From Antechinus flavipes (Eukaryota): a stretch of DNA of 64,000 bases. A program made the translations under genes and the position numbers. Location of the stretch: assembly GCF_016432865.1 (NCBI RefSeq), contig NC_067400.1, forward strand, positions 612,126,001-612,190,000. Reading direction: 5' to 3'. Shown in pieces: positions 13,501 through 26,060 of this stretch; positions within the stretch are counted from its first letter, which is position 1; each line of letters starts with the position of its first letter. The notes beneath the pieces are model-generated. The model was not told where the DNA came from and did no database searches. It saw nothing but the letters and a program-made list of their open reading frames with translations.

Positions 13501-16500
13501 TTCCAATTCAGGAAAGCATAATAGAACAGATTACATATTCATGCCTGTCCATCTTTTCTCTGCTTCCTTGTAGACTATTCTTTGTAGGATACAGTAAGTT
13601 ATAAGTTTAAAAATATTGATATGTATAAAAGCCAACAACTGGGACAGGCCATGGTAGAAAGCACTTTCCCTCTTCTCAAAGCACTTTTCTACTAGGGCTG
13701 CAGAGAATTCATGTGTTCCTCAAGCTGCTGAGAGCAGGTAAGGAAGGACTATATCTGCTAGGTGTGAAAATGTGTCACTGAACAGATCTGTCCCAATTTT
13801 TAAATGAAATAAGGAGCATCTAGTTAAATTCAGAGTGTTGCATCAAATGGTGGACCATCCAAAGGCAGAACTTCTTTCAAGTTATTGATAAAAATGTTGA
13901 ACAGAATGGGTCCAGGGGAAGATCAACACACGAACATATCCGATTAAATGATTGCTTAAATGATGGAAAAAAATGGATATCTGATATGTGAATTAAAATC
14001 CACTTAACTGTAATGTCTATTCAACATCTCTCCACATCATATCCTAGGATTTCTTAAAAGACTATCAAATGTCTTACGAAAATCTGGCTGTACCATGACT
14101 ATAAAAATTCCCAGCCTACAAAATACAGTGTTAACATTTTAAAGGGGAAAAGAAACAAATGTTCCTTCAGGATTTAATTTCAACAAAGGATGTAAATAAA
14201 AAGAAAGGGCAGAGGGATGAACTACTCCCATTCTGAAAAGGAGAAAATGAAGACACCAGTTCAGATGGGGAGAAAAAAATGAGGGCTACTGTTTCTCATG
14301 ATTGGGATGGATAAAGAGAAATTTGCAAACACAATGGAAGAGGTGAGGGAACAGTGGGATATGAAACTCACTTTTACCAGAGCTAGACAAAGGAGAGTTG
14401 AAAAGGCATAGTTTGGAGTAGAAATGCTCCAGACTCAGCAGGGGAACAAGTGGGGAAGAGGGCAGAGGGATGGGATAAAAGGGAGCTTGGTATGAGGGAG
14501 GGGAAATTCAGTAAGCAAAACAAACGTCCTGACCCCAAAGGGGAGGAAACAGGAAAAAAAATGAGACCCGGGAGAACAGCTGGACAAACTGTGGCATGTC
14601 CACATGAGATTTTACTGAGCTATGAGAAGTGATAGAAGCAAAGGGCATGAGGATTCTGGGCAGCACGAACTGATCAGAGCCAGAGAATGATTTACACCAC
14701 GTCTGTCAAAGCAACGACTGGCTAACTTGTGGAAGGCTAACCTACCTTCTGGCAGGAAGGGGAAAAATTTCAGAGTGCAGAAAGACACATTTTTGGAAAG
14801 AACCACATAGTGTGGATCCACTCGACTCGACTACAAGGTTTTTTTTTTTTTTTTTTTAAACTGTGTGGGATTGGGAGAGAGAAGAGTGAGCATACTGATT
14901 TTCTTCAAAGAGGGCCACTGAAACATCTGTACAAGGGAGAGAAAAGGACAGAAGGAAGTTCATATGGAAACACAGATAAGCAGGAGGTAGAAATAGATGG
15001 CCACAATTTTGGAAACTCTGTTTATGTATGTGTTAAGATACAATCTTTTGAGATTTTTAATTCAAAACATCTTGAAAAAAGATTGGTTGGAAGGATTTGG
15101 ACTCTTGAATCCCAGAATTTGAATTTTGAGAGGAAAACTATGGAAAAACCTGGAGTAAAGGAGAAAAAGGATCAAGGAAAAAGGACCTGAAGACTCCCCA
15201 GGGAGGAGAAAGGAAATGATGGCAAGACTAAGGGTCAGAGGGTAAGTTATAAGTCAAACAAATTGGGGAAACAAAAGAGGTGACAGAAGGAAACAAGACA
15301 CAAAGAATGATAAGGGGATAAAGAGTGGAAAAAAGAACTTGAGAGGGAGTTCTGAACATCCATAAACGGGCTGAAAGATAAAGATGTTTTTTTTCAGTCA
15401 CTGAAGAGTTTGGAACTCCTGGGTTGGTCCAGCTCTCTTCTAGAAGTGGAGTGAAGGGCAAAGGCAAGGATCTCTAAATCTTGCCTCTTGAAAAAGGGGA
15501 AAGTGCCTGTTTTGTTAAGACATGGAGAACTAAAAGCAGATTGATCCTGATAAATTAAGTTTCATCGTAAGAAAGCCGCTCTGGAAGACAAAGGAGTTAG
15601 GACTACAACTAAATTTCCCTCCATCTTATTACACAGTTGGGTATAGGAATTAATTTTACCCAACAGTAAAATAGAAAGGGAAGGAACTAAAAGGATAGTG
15701 GTACTGGTAAAAGGGAGGACACATTAAGAGAGGCAGTGATTGAAAACTATAAACTAATCTTTGGAGATAGGGTAAATAAAGAAAAGGACAAATAGAATAG
15801 AATGGAGGGATATACACATTTTGCAATCTTAAGTAAATGTGAAGAACTCACAAAAAAAGAGAATAGAATGGATTAGAAACCAAAATGCAAGAAACCTGTG
15901 CTTATAAGAGATAAACTTGAAAAATTAAGAGGTTAGAGCAGAACATATACTTCGACTGAAGTAAAAACAGAAGTAGCAATCATGGTCTCAAGCAAAGCAA
16001 AAGCAAAAACAACTAATTAAAGGAAATAATCAAGGAAACCACATTTTGTGAAAAACCACTAAGTTAGCTGAATATGTATGTATAAATGACATAGTATCCA
16101 AATTCCAAAAGGAAATGTTAAATGAGTTATAGGAGAAATTAGACAGTAAAATCTATACTAATGATAGACTTCAATGTAGTGCTCTCAGACCTAGATAAAT
16201 CTATAAAAAAGAAATCGAGATGATGAGAATTTTTAAAAAGTTCAATATCATAGACCTCTGGAGAGTAGTGAATGGAAAAAGAAAGGGGTATATATTTTTC
16301 TCAACTGAACATAGCACCTTAACAAAAATTGACTATGTATTAGGGCACAATCCTATAACCCCATAAATGCAGAAAAATTAAATGCATCTTTTTTGGAAAA
16401 TAATAAAAATAAAAATGACAAGGGCCTTGGCAGCAAAGACTTAGAATTAATTGAAAACTAAATATTTTAATCCTAAAGAATAAGTCAAAGAAATCATAGA

Positions 16501-19500
16501 ACCAATAATTTCATTACAGATAATGACAATAAGACATACTAAAGTTTGTGGGATGTAGCCAAAGCAGTACTTAAGACGAAAATTTTACATCAATAAAAGA
16601 AAAAGCAGATCAACGAATTGAGAATGCAACTAAAAAACTAGAAAAAGAACAAATTAAAAATCCCCAGTTAAACACCAAATGAGGAATCGTAGACAGTTAA
16701 AAAAAAAACAAAACTGAATAAAGTTAGGAGTTGGTTTTATAGGGGAAAAAAAACAATAAAATAGATAAACCATTGGCTCGTTTGATTTAAAAAAAAAAAA
16801 CCAAACGACCAGTCTCAAAAGTAAAGAGAGTAAATGTACAACCAATGACAGTGAAATTAATTATTTGGAGCTAGTTTGTCCAATAAAAATGACAATCTAA
16901 ATAGATCAATATTTACAAGTATTTTATATTGTTTTCAATTATTTTATGTGTTTACCTGCTGGAGACACATAATTAGAAAAATATTAATCACTCATGCTGA
17001 ACCAACATAAAAAAAAATAATAGTACCTAAGTAAATGTTCAATGTAATCTAGCATTTGAAAAATCAAAGATCTAGGTTATTGGGGCAAGAACTTATTGAC
17101 AAAAATTGTTAGAAAAATTGGAAATGACTGTCAGAAACTAGGCAGAGACCAATACCTGATATTCTCTATACATTAAATTCAAAATGAATTTTAGACATAA
17201 AAGGAGACATCATAAGCAAATTAGGGAATCTGTCAGATTTATAGATAAGGGAGGAATTTGTGACTGTTATGGGCCAGAACTCTGATCTTGAAACAAAGGA
17301 TTCTTACAAGGTACTAAGTCAATGGAATTGATAGAGACAATAGTTATCTAACTTAGCATGGTTCAGTATGATTGATTTAAGCCTACAAGGAGATGTTATG
17401 GACCAGAACTTGAAACAAGGTACTAAGCAAGAGAATGAGAGGACAAAGGTAGGTAAAATGGCTAATTTTGATTACGTTAAATTCAAAAAATTTCACACAC
17501 ACACAATGTGCAGCAAAAACTAGGAAACAGTATTATAGCAAGTTTCTCTGATTAAATTCTCATTTCTCAAATATATATGGAACAGACCCCCATTTTAAAA
17601 AAATTCTCTCTAATAAATATCAAAGGATATGAACAGGTAGCTTTCAGAAGAAATCAGCTAGCTATAGTCATATGAAAAATGTTTCAAATCACCACTGATT
17701 AAAGGAATACAAATTGAAACAACTGTGAGATACCATTTCACACCTACTAGATTGACTAGCAGGATAGAAAAGAAAAATGACACGCTGGAGAGGATGTGGA
17801 AAACCAGAGACACTCGTGCATTGTGTTGTGAACTGATCCAATCATTCTGTAAAACAATTTGGAGGTATGACCAAAGAACTCTCAAATTGTGCATACCCTA
17901 TGACCCAGAAACAAGACAGAGATCAAGGAAAAGAGACTAGGACTTATTTGTAGCAACTCTTTTTATGACTTTTTTTGGCAAAAAATTGGAAGCTGAGTGG
18001 ATGTTCAATTGGAGAATGGCTGAACAATCTGCAGTATGTGGTTGTGATGGAATACTACTGTGCTATAAGAAATGATGAGCAGGATACTTCCCGGAAAAGC
18101 TGAAAAGACTTACGTGAACTGAGGCTGAGTGAAGGGAGCAGAACCAGAAAAACACTTTCAAGATAACAGTAGTAACACAGTAACGATAATCACCAGCGAA
18201 AAACTTAGTTACCGTGATTGCTACAATGATCCACAATTCCAAAGGACTCAGGAAGAGAAATGCTGATTGTGCAGTTTGAAGCTTGCAAATTGAAACATTT
18301 TTGCCCTTTCTTTCCTGGCTAATGCGGAATGTTTTACATGCTTTCATTAATGTATGACAACATTTGTCTTCTTAATGGGTGGGGAAGGGAATGAAGGGAG
18401 GAAGAGAATTTGGAAGTGAAAATTATAAGAAAAATTTTTTGTGAGCTTTCTTGTCAATCTAATCAAAGGGGCTTTAAGGGGAAACAAAACTTTTTGACTC
18501 ACTAAGCAGATGCCAGAGAGGGGAGCAAAAGAAAGAAAAAGCAGTGCCTGAAACAGGCCCGAGGGAGCCGTGAATGCCAGTCACAGCCTCCACCATCTAG
18601 ACACGGATGCGGACATGCAATCTAGGTGATGAGCAAGATGACCGATAGCCCCTCCACAGGTCCTCCTGACCCCCAGCGTGTTCTCAGGCCACATAAATCT
18701 GACTTCAGCCCGATCCCTGGCCAATCTACCACCTGTGACAACGCCTGTGTGCTGGAGCAGGGAGACTCAGGAGTTCCTATTGCACTCTCCCAGGGTCACT
18801 CCTCTGCATTTCCCACAGCAAGAAGCAGAGCAGTTCGTCCCTGGCGCAGCTCCCCCATTCCTTCTGCCTAGGCCAGACTCCCCGACAGCTCCTGGCACTG
18901 CCTCCAGGAGGCTTCCTCTGCCATCTCCCTGCCCCTGCCCATTTCTCATGCCCTCCACCTGCCTCGTCTCTGCCCTTGTAGCCTCATAATCTGGAGCTTT
19001 TTGAAGGCAGGATCTATGCCTTATGTAGCCTTTGTGCCTTATGCTTAAGGGGCTTACAAATGTTTGCTGCATGAGCCAAAGGCTCCTGAGAAGAAGGGCC
19101 CGGCCAGATCCGGGCCCTGGAGAACCGAGGCAGGAAGGCCTCTGACTGGGATAGAAGGCTTTCCCTGGCCAGTGCCAGGCACACAGCAGGCTCCCCATGA
19201 TGCTTAGTGGCTGGCAGCTCCCCTGGCGCCCGCGCCTCTCACCCTGGGTGGACGGTCCTGGGGGCAGATTCTTCTGTAGGCGCCTCAGCATGCCAACCCT
19301 GTGACTCAGCTGGTCCTGGAGAAACAGCCAATCCTGATGAAGGGAGGCTGCCTGGTGCAAGAGGAATTCTGGGGCCTGGGGAGAAGGCTCGGTGATCAGT
19401 GAGGCTGGGAGCAGGCAGGGCAGTTGGGCACGAGCGTGGGGGGAGGACTGGGCTCACCTTGCCTGAGGGCAGCCCCAGGTCCTGACTCAGATGGATGAGG

Positions 19501-22500
19501 CTCTGGGATCTGGGACATGCCGGATGCAGAGAGTAGACAGATGGGAAGACGGCTGGAAGGGACTGAGCCCTGGATGGGGGAGAGGTGGGTCAGAGCAGTT
19601 GGGGGACAGGGGGAGTCTCTGGATGCAGATATAAACAACTGGGAGGGAAGGAGAGGAAGACGCTGGAGATGGATTCTCACCCCCCAGGATGGTGCCGAAG
19701 AAGGGGGTTGAGTTCTAGGCCCAGGAGCCATTGGGTTTCTTCCTCTTGTCTGCTCAGCAGATTCTGGGCCTGCAGCCTTACAGCTTCTGCAGCTGGAACC
19801 ACTTTTCTCTGGGCCAGAGCCTGGATCTAGATATAAAAGATGAAGTGTCAGAAAGGCAACTGCAGATTCTCGGGACCCCCAAGTGCAGGGGAACCCCTAG
19901 CCGGACCCTGCTCTCACCTCTCCTGGGCTCTTCTGAAGGTGACTCTTGCTGACAGAATTCCCCTTGATCAGCACCCGGATGCGCTCCTGGGTTTGCTCCT
20001 GGGGACACACGCAGACTCAGGACAGAGTCGGCCACCCTCCTATCTCCCCCCGCGGACCCCCGCTGGGAGATGATCACTCACCACTTGCTGCCGCCAGCTC
20101 AGGATACGCTGCCGTTTGGCCTGGAGCTCCCAGAGCTCCTGCTGCCTCCGCTCGGCCTCCTCCTTCAGGCTCTGGCTCTGAGCTTTCAGAGAGTCTCGGG
20201 TGGCGCGCAGGGCAGCCGCCTGCAGCCCCAGGGTCAAGGCGTGGCTGCAGGAAGGAGGGAGCACACAGTCAGGGACACAGACTGGGCACAAGTGCCAGGC
20301 AGAAGGACCCGCCAGGGCACTGCTCATCTTGCCATCTCACCTCAGGCTCGGTGCCCGCTGCGTCACTTCCTGCGTCAGGTCCTGGAGTCTCGCGGCCAGG
20401 GCCTGACCTTGCCGTAGCAGAGGGCCCCGCTGTGAAATCAGCAGCCCCACAGCCTGCCAGCCCTCCTGCGGTGGGGAGGAGGGAAGAAAGCCCCGAGTTA
20501 GGGAAGTGGTGGGAACTCCAGGGCCCTGATCGCCCAAGAGCCTTCCTTGCAAGGAGGGGGACACAAAGGGCCCGTCACCAGGGCTCCCCTCCCCCAGCTG
20601 GGTCCCCTCGTTACCTGAATGAGGTGGGTCAGGGAAGGCAGGACAGAGGCCTCTGACGCTTCTGCCAGCTGTAGCCTGTTGAGGACAAGGAAGACTCAGG
20701 GGCCAGGAAGGAAACCTCAGCCCTCGTCCTCCCGCCACAGGGGGCTCCTACCTCCGAGCCTCTCCATCCCATTCATCAGTCAGCAGCTGCAGCTCGGTGG
20801 TCTGCCTGGAGGCCAGGTGCTCCAGTGCCCCCAGGATGTGCTCGGGAGGATGGGAAGCCATCAGGACCTGGTGGGGGGAGGGAGTGACCAGGAGGCAGAA
20901 CTGGGGGCAAGACCGAGCTCTCCCCTGGGCTAGGAATATTCTCTAGGTCCCCCAAGGGTCCCACTTACCTCCATTTCACTGAACCACTGCCTGTGGGTTG
21001 TGGCAAACAAGTCATCCTGGGTGGTCCTAAGGGAAGATGGTGTTCAGAGGAAGAGGCAACACGTGGGCTATCTCTAGGGATTGGGAGAGGGAAGGTAGGG
21101 GCAACTTACAAAGTTCTTGGATCAGAATGAGGAGTCAGCAGGGCCTGGAAGAACTGGGTACGCAGGGTACAGACCCTCATGACCTCTTGCTAGAAAGAGA
21201 GCAAGCAGGAGTAAGAGGAAGGCGCCCAGGCCTTTGTCCCCGGGGCTGCCCTCCCAGCCCAACTCTGAGGACACTCACCAGGACATTTGGCTCCAGGGCC
21301 AGGAGCATGGGGGTTCGAGGCTGAAAGGCCACATGTGCTTTTGCCTTCCTGGGGGGAGAAAGGTTTCTGTCACTTTGCTTTTGTTCTGTGGGACTGGGAA
21401 CGATTTGGGCTGGGAATGGGGCTGGGGAGAGGAGACCTTGCCATGTCCTGCAGGTGGCTGAGCTGGCCTTGCAGCCTCTGGGTGCGGTCCCGGAGGCCTC
21501 GCTGCTGCCGCCGGGCAGCCGCGGCTCGTGCCTGGAGGAGCAAAGCCTTGCCCTGGGTGTCCCGGATCTGCTTCAGAGTGAGTTCCAGGGCCACATCTGC
21601 AGGAGAAGCAGCACCACAAGGCAGTTAGGAAGCCGACTGACACGCTCCCAGTGCCAGACCTTCTCTAGTCCCCACGTCGCCCCTCACCCTGGGCCACAGC
21701 CTCTCGCTCAGCCAGCTCCAGGCTCAGGTCCATTTCTCTGATCTCGGCTTGTACTCTCATCAGAGCTGCCTCCAGCTCTCGCCTCCGGCCAGCCTACTGA
21801 GCAAGAGCGATCAAGGGCTGTCCCCCCTTCCCACCCCTTGCTGAGCCCCGACTCTGATTTGTCCAGGGATGGAGGGCATCCCTGCTCTTCCCCCCGTCCC
21901 CTCCTGCAGAGACCTCCATGGCTCCGTACATGTAGTCTTCATTCATGTGTGCCCATTTTGTGGACTAACCCTGTGACTAGTGTGTGGCACACAGCAGGTA
22001 CTTAATGCTTGCTGAACTGAACTGGTCCCTGAAGAAGAGGGAGAGGGCAGAGGCCTGTGGTTCCCTCCTCCCCACTAGGGGTGGCATCCAACCCAGGGCC
22101 CAGGCACCCAGCAGTCATGGAGCCCTGCCCTCTCACCTCTGGGCTTTCCTGGTAGTTGTACCTGCAAGGAACAAGGAGGTTAAGGAGTTGAACAGGGCTG
22201 TGCTGGAGGGGGCAGAGAACAGGGGACACAAAGGGAGGAGACAAAGGATCATAGGAAAGGAAAGGGGTTCCTGGGCAAGAAGAGACACAGCCTCTAGCCC
22301 CGAGGAAAGCCTGAAGAAGGAGGCACCTTAACTGGCAAACCCCAGGAAATGAAGGGGAATGAAGTTCATCTCAGAGACCATCTGGGGCCCAGCAGCCTTC
22401 CCTATTCCAATGCAGAGGCTGTCTTCCCTCTCCCCCCCCCCCCCCTCTTTTATCCAAAGCCTTCCTCCCTCCCCAGGTGTTCCAGACAGGGTTGCCAGGA

Positions 22501-25500
22501 TAAAGGGGTGGGAAATCCAGGACAAGGAGGGTCAGATGAGAAGATACCACAAGAGGTTCCCACGAATCTTCTTCACGGTCCTGGAGAGGAGCAAAGAATG
22601 TGAAGGACCAGCTTAGCATGAGACTTTTCTCCACCAGAGAGGGAGCCCTCCCTAAGCCACCCTTCCCCCATGGAGTGTCTCTCACCTCTGGCTATGGATT
22701 TTCTGTATCAGAAAGGTCCAGACATCAGCCATGGGGCCCATACACATTCTAAAGAAGAGGGGTTGGAAAAAAACTTCATGAGATCAGAGGAGCAGAGGAT
22801 CTGGGGAGATTGAGGGGCAGATGGCAGGGGATGATGGAGCTTGGACAAGATCAAGTTGAGATCCTAAATTGAGGAGGCAAAGCTGATTTTGCTGTTTTTG
22901 AGGAAATCAGGGCGAAGTGACTTGCCCAGGTTGCAGGGTCATCCAGACCCCATGGCTGGTGATCCATTTCCAAGTGAGACAAGATAGAGCAACAATTGAT
23001 ATGGCTTATCCAAAAGGAAGTGACGAGAAACGGCACTTAGGCTGGGCAGGAAATAGTGTCGAACAATGCAGTCTGCTTATGGGAGGACAGGTAGGATCCA
23101 GAGGAGGGAGTAGACAGCATCTGGGGTGTGGACCTGTGGCAGGGCATCCAGCCCTTGGCACAGGGCCTGACCCACAGGAGGCACTTAATGCACAGTGACT
23201 GCCCAGAGCTCTGACATAGTTACCAGGGAAAGGTTTGCCTTCTTCAAAAAAGTGGAGGAAGTTACAAAGGGATCTGCTAATTCTGGGTCTAATTAATTGA
23301 CTTTGTCAGGGAGGGGATTATGGGAAGCTTGGGGGACAACTGATAGCTGTTTTAGCCTCTGCCTGACCCTGCTCTCCTACACCCCAAAATCTAACAGGTA
23401 TGCTAAATTTGGGGAAAAAAAAAGATTTCAGAGTTATTCAGGCTCTGGGGTTATTTTGCCTGAAATTGTACTGGGGAAGTGTATCTGGTGAAGAAAGCTA
23501 AAGGTAACAATATCTGGTTTTCTTTGCTTTTTTTTAAACACTGGAGAAAGGAGGCTCAAAGAAAGAATAAGGTCCATTGCTTGAAGGGATAGAATGATAA
23601 ATGTGGGCAAAGGAGGAGGCAGAATTATTTAAGTCTTAATTTGTTACTTTTTCTTTGCTTTTTTTGGGGTGAGGGGCAGGGAAGAAGTCCAAAGAGAATG
23701 ATCTTTGTCCTGGAAAGGGCAGAACAAAAAAGGCTAATAATTTAAAAAACTGAGTCTGAGACAGGTAAAAGACCAATGAGAAAGCCTGGATTGTAGTCAC
23801 TAGGCTCAGAAAGAACTGGCAAATGGGACAGCTGAGTTGGGATCACTGATCTGGCTGTGGAGGACAGGAAAGGTGCTGTTAGGCTGGAAAAGAGAAAACA
23901 ACTCTATTTTCACAAAAGGGACAAAAACAGAGTCTGAAAATTTCAGAATATGTCATTAAAGAGAAGGCTTGTTATCAGTGAGAATGGGAAGGAAGCAGAG
24001 TTTATGGAAAGTCAAAATGCAGAATAGACAAGGGGAGGAATGACAGTTTACTTTTCTGACAAGGTTGCTAGGTTGTATGATCGAGAGAGTGTTGTGGAAA
24101 TATTTTATCTAGATCTCAGCAAAGCACTGAACAAAACCTCTCATGCTGTTCTTGTAAACAAGCTTGGTATATTGGGGCCGGATGATGCCACATTTTGGTG
24201 GATTTCAAAATGATAAAAGGACTGGACCTAAAAAATAATTACTAATGGTTTAATCTTACTCATTCTTTATCTGTAAGATGAAGGGGCTCACTAGTTGACT
24301 TTTAAGGTCCATTTCAATGAACTTGGAAGGGGGTTTCCTGGGGAATGGTTCAGGGATCCTTAGATAAATAAATGGCCTGCTTATCCAGGCTGCAGATGAC
24401 ACAAAGTTAGCAGGGACCACCAACATGATGGATGGCAAAGTCACGATCCAAACATCCTGTCCAGTTCAAAGGGGTTTGCAAAATATGGGGGGGTTAGATT
24501 AGATAGCATCTAAGGTCCCTAACAGCTCTGTTCCTGTGATCCTATTACTTGTTTCTGCTTACACAGCTACACAGCTAGAAGTTAGAAGTAAAATTTAGAT
24601 CAGTCTCTTGGGTCCAAAAACCATGCATGGTTAACAAGATAAGATGAGTCGGCTAGAAAGCACTTTATAGGAAACAGAGCTGAGGTTTTATGTCTTGCAA
24701 GGTCAAAAAGCAATAACTTAACAGTAAAATAATAAAAATTCAACCTTCGGCTATATTAAGAAAGAGAAATAACGTTTTTAACAAGAGAAGGGATGGGTCC
24801 TGCTCTGCTCTGGTCAGACCATAAATGGAATATGATTCATCTTCATTTTAAGGACACTGAAAAGCTGGAGCGATTCCAGAATGGTCCAGAATCCATTACT
24901 TGTACTTTCTCCACTCCCACCGGCAATAGAATTCAATTCACCAAAATTGATTGAAGCCAAGTGTTATTTTCTTTTGCTGGCTTCCCTTTCCCTTTGCCTA
25001 ACACAATAATGAATATAGAAGATGCTTCCCGTTTATTGGATTTACGCAGCTCTAGGGGTGACAAAGCAGTTTAAATATATTGTTTCATTTCTAACAATCA
25101 ACAAGGCATTTATTCTGAGGCTGCTCCCTGACAGCCGCACAATTAGGCTTCAGAATACGGATAAAAAGCGAACGGCTCAGATCCTACGGAAGCTTCTATT
25201 TATTGACTCGTGTGAAGCCGACACGGAGGCAGGAGGATTATGTGAACCGCTGCAAGGGGGGAAGTTTGGCGGGAGAGGGGGAGGATCGGGGCGGGGGGGG
25301 GGCACGCAAGCCGTCCCTCAGTATCTGAGGGGGAGGATCGGGGCGGGGGGGGGGCACGCAAGCCGTCCCTCAGTATCTGAGGGGGAGGATCGGGGCGGGG
25401 GGGGGGCACGCAAGCCGTCCCTCAGTATCTGAGGGGGAGGGGGCCAGGCGGAGGAAGGCTGAGAGTCGCTGCAGGGATCTGGGGGGCAGAATCTGGCACT

Positions 25501-25932
25501 GGGGAGTGGGGGGGCTGCAAAGACCCGGCCCATCCGGGCTTGGCCAAGGAGGGGCGGGCTCCCATCAAAGCAAGGTTGGGATAGCCACTGCTCAGGGTGT
25601 ACCCCACTGAGATCGGGGGTTCAGCGAGAGGATTCGGGGCGGGGCGGTGCTGACGGGAGGGTGCACCCTTCGGAGAGGGGGTGCTGTGGGGGTCTCCATG
25701 GGAGGCCAGGGTGCTGCAGGGGAGGGTCCGCGCTGGGAGGGAGAAATGCTAGGGGCGGGTCCACGCTGCGGGGGTAGGGGTGGTCGGATCGACTAGTTGG
25801 GCACCCCTGCTATTGGGGGAGGGGCGGCTCTCACCTGCGCAGTGCAGGCTCGGGGGGCAGCAGGGCTGCCGGACAGCCCATCTCTCGAGCCGCCCAGCGC
25901 CCCACATCCTGCGCCAAGCTCACGGGGTCCAT
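10593..25932 (-). CDS. HAUS5: HAUS augmin-like complex subunit 5 (19 coding exons)
   Basis: Exons 25835-25932, 22686-22748, 22548-22580, 22137-22161, 21688-21793, 21437-21596, 21279-21348, 21110-21189, 20969-21026, 20752-20867, 20615-20675, 20341-20465, 20082-20244, 19918-19998, 19681-19826, 19458-19569, 19243-19375, 10881-11013, 10593-10704; all GT-AG and phase-compatible. Motifs RTVKKIRGNLLW, EGWQAVGLLISQR, IKGNS, ELLQIQ and VGDWWDQPGQ match HAUS5. Confidence 0.96.
12150..13030 (+). mobile_element. Degraded L1 ORF1 fragment in HAUS5 intron 17
   Basis: A-rich; decayed ORF1 C-terminal motif (YSAKLNII...IFDGTEDFAAF). Boundaries approximate. Confidence 0.65.
13047..13190 (+). mobile_element. 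tRNA-derived marsupial CORE-SINE (WSINE1-like)
   Basis: GGTGCAGTGG...GAGTTCAAATC A/B boxes, core CTGGGCAAATCACTTAA, A-rich tail. Confidence 0.85.
13770..14130 (-). mobile_element. CR1/L3 LINE fragment
   Basis: Resembles antisense CR1 RT region (gactatcaaatgtcttacgaaaatc). Boundaries approximate. Confidence 0.5.
15540..18430 (+). mobile_element. Degraded L1 (ORF2 endonuclease/RT remnants and 3'UTR)
   Basis: A-rich; decayed ORF2 motifs (endonuclease region about 16150-16350, MRYHFTPTRL at 17725, WNTTVL at about 18050). Confidence 0.85.
17265..17428 (+). mobile_element. LTR 5' fragment with internal duplication, inserted in L1
   Basis: TGTTATGGGCCAGAACT...AACAAGGTACTAAG occurs twice (17265 and about 17394) and interrupts L1 ORF2. 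Confidence 0.6.
24050..24890 (+). mobile_element. CR1/L3 RT fragments in HAUS5 intron 1
   Basis: Decayed YLDLSKA...SHAVL..KL RT motif at about 24105-24170, plus CR1 3'-like sequence further on. Confidence 0.65.
25275..25440. repeat. 52-bp G-rich VNTR, 3 identical copies plus a partial, in HAUS5 intron 1
   Basis: Unit GAGGGGGAGGATCGGGGC(G10)CACGCAAGCCGTCCCTCAGTATCT starts at 25275, 25327 and 25379; partial at 25431. Confidence 0.95.
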
Positions 25933-25939
25933 GGCGGCG

Positions 25940-26060
25940 TCGCTCCCGCTCGGGCGCTCGAATTCCGGGCGCAGGCGTGTGACGTCACGAGAGGAGGAGC
26001 GGGACTGGCGGGGGAGACTCTCCCATTGGCCCAGGCGCGCTCGTGACGCCACCGTTGCTA
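25940..26060. promoter_or_regulatory. HAUS5 CpG-island promoter, possibly bidirectional
   Basis: Palindromic CRE TGACGTCA 25980-25987, ATTGG (CCAAT on -) about 26025, half CRE about 26043. Confidence 0.7.

Noticed and set aside
25275-25440. CRISPR-like repeat array
   Set aside because: Head-to-tail identical units with no spacers in a vertebrate intron; it is a VNTR.
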